Shown piece after piece: positions 62,138 to 64,000 of a stretch of DNA of 64,000 bases. The position numbers and the translations under genes are program-made. Each line of letters opens with the position of its first letter. Position 1 is the stretch's first letter. The stretch comes from Candidatus Poribacteria bacterium (GTDB lineage: Bacteria > Poribacteria > WGA-4E > PCPOR2b), in the NCBI GenBank assembly GCA_965218095.1, contig OZ244587.1, positions 2,528,001 through 2,592,000 on the forward strand. Reading direction: 5' to 3'. The notes below the pieces were generated by a model. That model was not told where the DNA came from. It made no database searches and worked only from the letters and a program-made list of their open reading frames with translations.

Positions 62138-63079
62138 TCAGCACCACCGATTCTTCTCCACGACACTCCGCAACGGTTTACCCGCAACAAATCGGCGAAG
62201 GTTTTCCTTGACGACCTCGATACGACGGTTTGCCGCATACGGACCGTCCCCTGCTGTATGTGGGGTGATGATGACATTCTCCATGCCCCAGAGCGGGTGA
62301 TCGGCAGGGAGAGGTTCTGTTTCAAACACATCAAGCCCAGCCCCGGCGATTTCGCCCTCCTGCAAGGCGGTTGTCAAAGCCGCAAGGTCCACGACAACAC
62401 CCCGTGATATATTGATGAGGTATGCTGTTTTTTTCATCTGTTTGAGCTGATCTGTGCGAATCAGTTTGACCGTCTCAGGGGTGTGCGGCACGCAACTGAC
62501 AACAAAATCAGATTCCGCCAGGAGATCACCCAATCGATCTGCGCCCCATAACGCATCAACGAAATCAGGCTTCTCTACCTCGGCCACATTCGTTGCGATG
62601 ACGCGCATCTCCGCTGCTGCGCCACGTTTTGCCACCGCCGTCCCAATCCCACCAAGCCCGATGACCCCAAGCGTCTGATCCGCGAGATGGATGATGGGGA
62701 CACTCTTTGCCCATTTTCGCTCAAGTTGCCGACGCAGGTAGATATGAAATCCACGGGCAAACATCAAAATATACCCCATTACATGGTCTGCAATATTATC
62801 GCTGTAGATGCCTTGCATGTTGGACAGGGTCACATTGCTTTGTGCCAACGCAGGGAACATGTAGTGTTCGAGTCCCGCCATCGGCGTTTGAATCCAACGC
62901 AGCTTCTGCGCCTGCGCTAACATCGCCGGGGTGATCCGACCGTATATGGCATCGACCTCGCCAACGACTTCAAGCGCCCGATCTTCTTCTTTGAGGTTCA
63001 GTACTTCGACTTCGCTTGAAACGGACTGGATTTCCTGTAATTCATTTTCATCGACTGCTGGATATATGAGAAATTTCAT
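62138..63079 (-). CDS. D-2-hydroxyacid dehydrogenase
   Basis: GLGGIG, NISRG, LDVFETEPL, ITPHTAG. Confidence 0.95.
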   Translation of the reverse strand: MKFLIYPAVDENELQEIQSVSSEVEVLNLKEEDRALEVVGEVDAIYGRITPAMLAQAQKLRWIQTPMAGLEHYMFPALAQSNVTLSNMQGIYSDNIADHVMGYILMFARGFHIYLRRQLERKWAKSVPIIHLADQTLGVIGLGGIGTAVAKRGAAAEMRVIATNVAEVEKPDFVDALWGADRLGDLLAESDFVVSCVPHTPETVKLIRTDQLKQMKKTAYLINISRGVVVDLAALTTALQEGEIAGAGLDVFETEPLPADHPLWGMENVIITPHTAGDGPYAANRRIEVVKENLRRFVAGKPLRSVVEKNRWC

Positions 63080-63357
63080 TGAATGCGCTTCACTTTGTTC
63101 AAGTTTTTTATACTGCAAATTTGTGGTAGTATAGCATCTAACTGCTGTGCTGTAAAGGGAAAGAAGAAAAATTCTTCATCACTCACAGTTGCAACCCATG
63201 CCAACCAGTTTTTACACATCCTGGTGATTGTGTTCCCCTTTGGATTTTTTTTGCTTGATCTTCGCTTTTTCATCGCTTATAATCTTTCTGAATGTGGGAC
63301 AGTGCGCTTTCAGACAGAATTTTTCGAGGGACGACTAAATTGATTACGAAAGGGGCT

Positions 63358-63549
63358 GTGTTCTATCACTAAACCTTTGAGAACCCACATCGGAACTGGA
63401 AAATTCACGTCGCAAAAGTGCAGATCCTGCCCCGATTTATCAGGGAGTTCATGAGTTGATGAGTTCATTGAACTCTTGAATCAAATCCCTGGTCATCTTC
63501 TCAATACGCCAACCAGAGCAGATTTTTCACGGATTTAGTGATAGCACAC
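63358..63549. mobile_element. MITE-like element
   Basis: Imperfect TIR gtgttctatcactaaacc / ggatttagtgatagcacac; no ORF. Confidence 0.45.
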
Positions 63550-63691
63550 CATGCCAATTCTGACTCTGAATTTTGGGCGTGATACGAACTATACTAGACG
63601 CCTTTTAAAACAACAAGGGATGTCGTCCTCGTTGATTGCAAACTGCAATTTCAAACTGCAAAAAATCTGAATCCTCCAACAGGTAACGCCT

Positions 63692-64000
63692 ATGGATTAT
63701 CCGAAACTCCGTCCTCTTGAGATTTTCCCCGTCACAGCCGACGAGCGTCAACTTCTGTGTCTTCGGGACCCCCTTCAGTATGTCACGGAGCCTGTTCTCG
63801 TTCCGCGTGAAATTCTGCCGATTTTGCAATATTTCGACGGGCGGCACACGATCCTCGATATACAGACAGAATATGCTCGCAAGACCGGCGAAATTTTATT
63901 CAGCGATGTTATCAAACAGATTATTGAGGAGTTGGATGCTCGCCTGATGATAGACAGTGAGAAATTCCAGGAGTACCAACGAGGATTGGAAAAGGCGTTC
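63692..64000 (+). CDS. amrB: MEMO1 family / AmmeMemoRadiSam protein B, partial
   Basis: Manual translation MDYPKLRPLEIFPV...LCLRDP...YFDGRHTILDIQ matches the N-terminal extension of long MEMO1 proteins. Confidence 0.7.
   Translation, partial: MDYPKLRPLEIFPVTADERQLLCLRDPLQYVTEPVLVPREILPILQYFDGRHTILDIQTEYARKTGEILFSDVIKQIIEELDARLMIDSEKFQEYQRGLEKAF

Noticed and set aside
63076-63273. 65 aa ORF upstream of the hydroxyacid dehydrogenase
   Set aside because: No RBS or family motif recognised; cannot be supported
1-64000. CRISPR array or cas genes
   Set aside because: No regularly spaced repeat-spacer series or Cas motifs seen; the 23414/24007 repeats are only two copies 593 bp apart
1-64000. Genome-wide TAG reassignment
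   Set aside because: TAG terminates apparently complete genes (633, 841, 16609, 59715, 60987), and several TAG-containing pseudogenes also carry frameshifts or TAA

Overview
A 64 kb bacterial chromosomal window with a heavily reworked accessory content. The gene families (LRR-dockerin-CTD surface proteins, DUF4058, DUF4159, sulfatase, heparinase-like and many orphan oxidoreductases) suggest a Candidatus Poribacteria-like organism; this is an inference only. Intact content includes sugar and sulfate catabolic enzymes, a 2-oxoacid/acetoin dehydrogenase E1a-E1b-E2 cluster, selB with tRNA-Sec, hsp20-degP behind a sigma-54 promoter, and the start of a MEMO1/AmrB gene. These are interleaved with three DDE IS elements, an IS66 remnant, a REP-flanked RAYT, phage-like debris and many pseudogenes. 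Best leads: (1) two overlapping DUF488 genes followed by a RecQ helicase fused to an N-terminal dual-OB-like domain, split by integron-cassette-like remnants; (2) a PolB-like exonuclease whose frame continues past one TAG into a Cys-rich domain ending in the SSB tail DDDIPF; (3) a GlmU-like/ARMT1 (DUF89) fusion; (4) a duplicated promoter-hairpin small-RNA-like unit. No CRISPR array, rRNA or reverse transcriptase was seen. All family calls come from motif recognition, not database searches.
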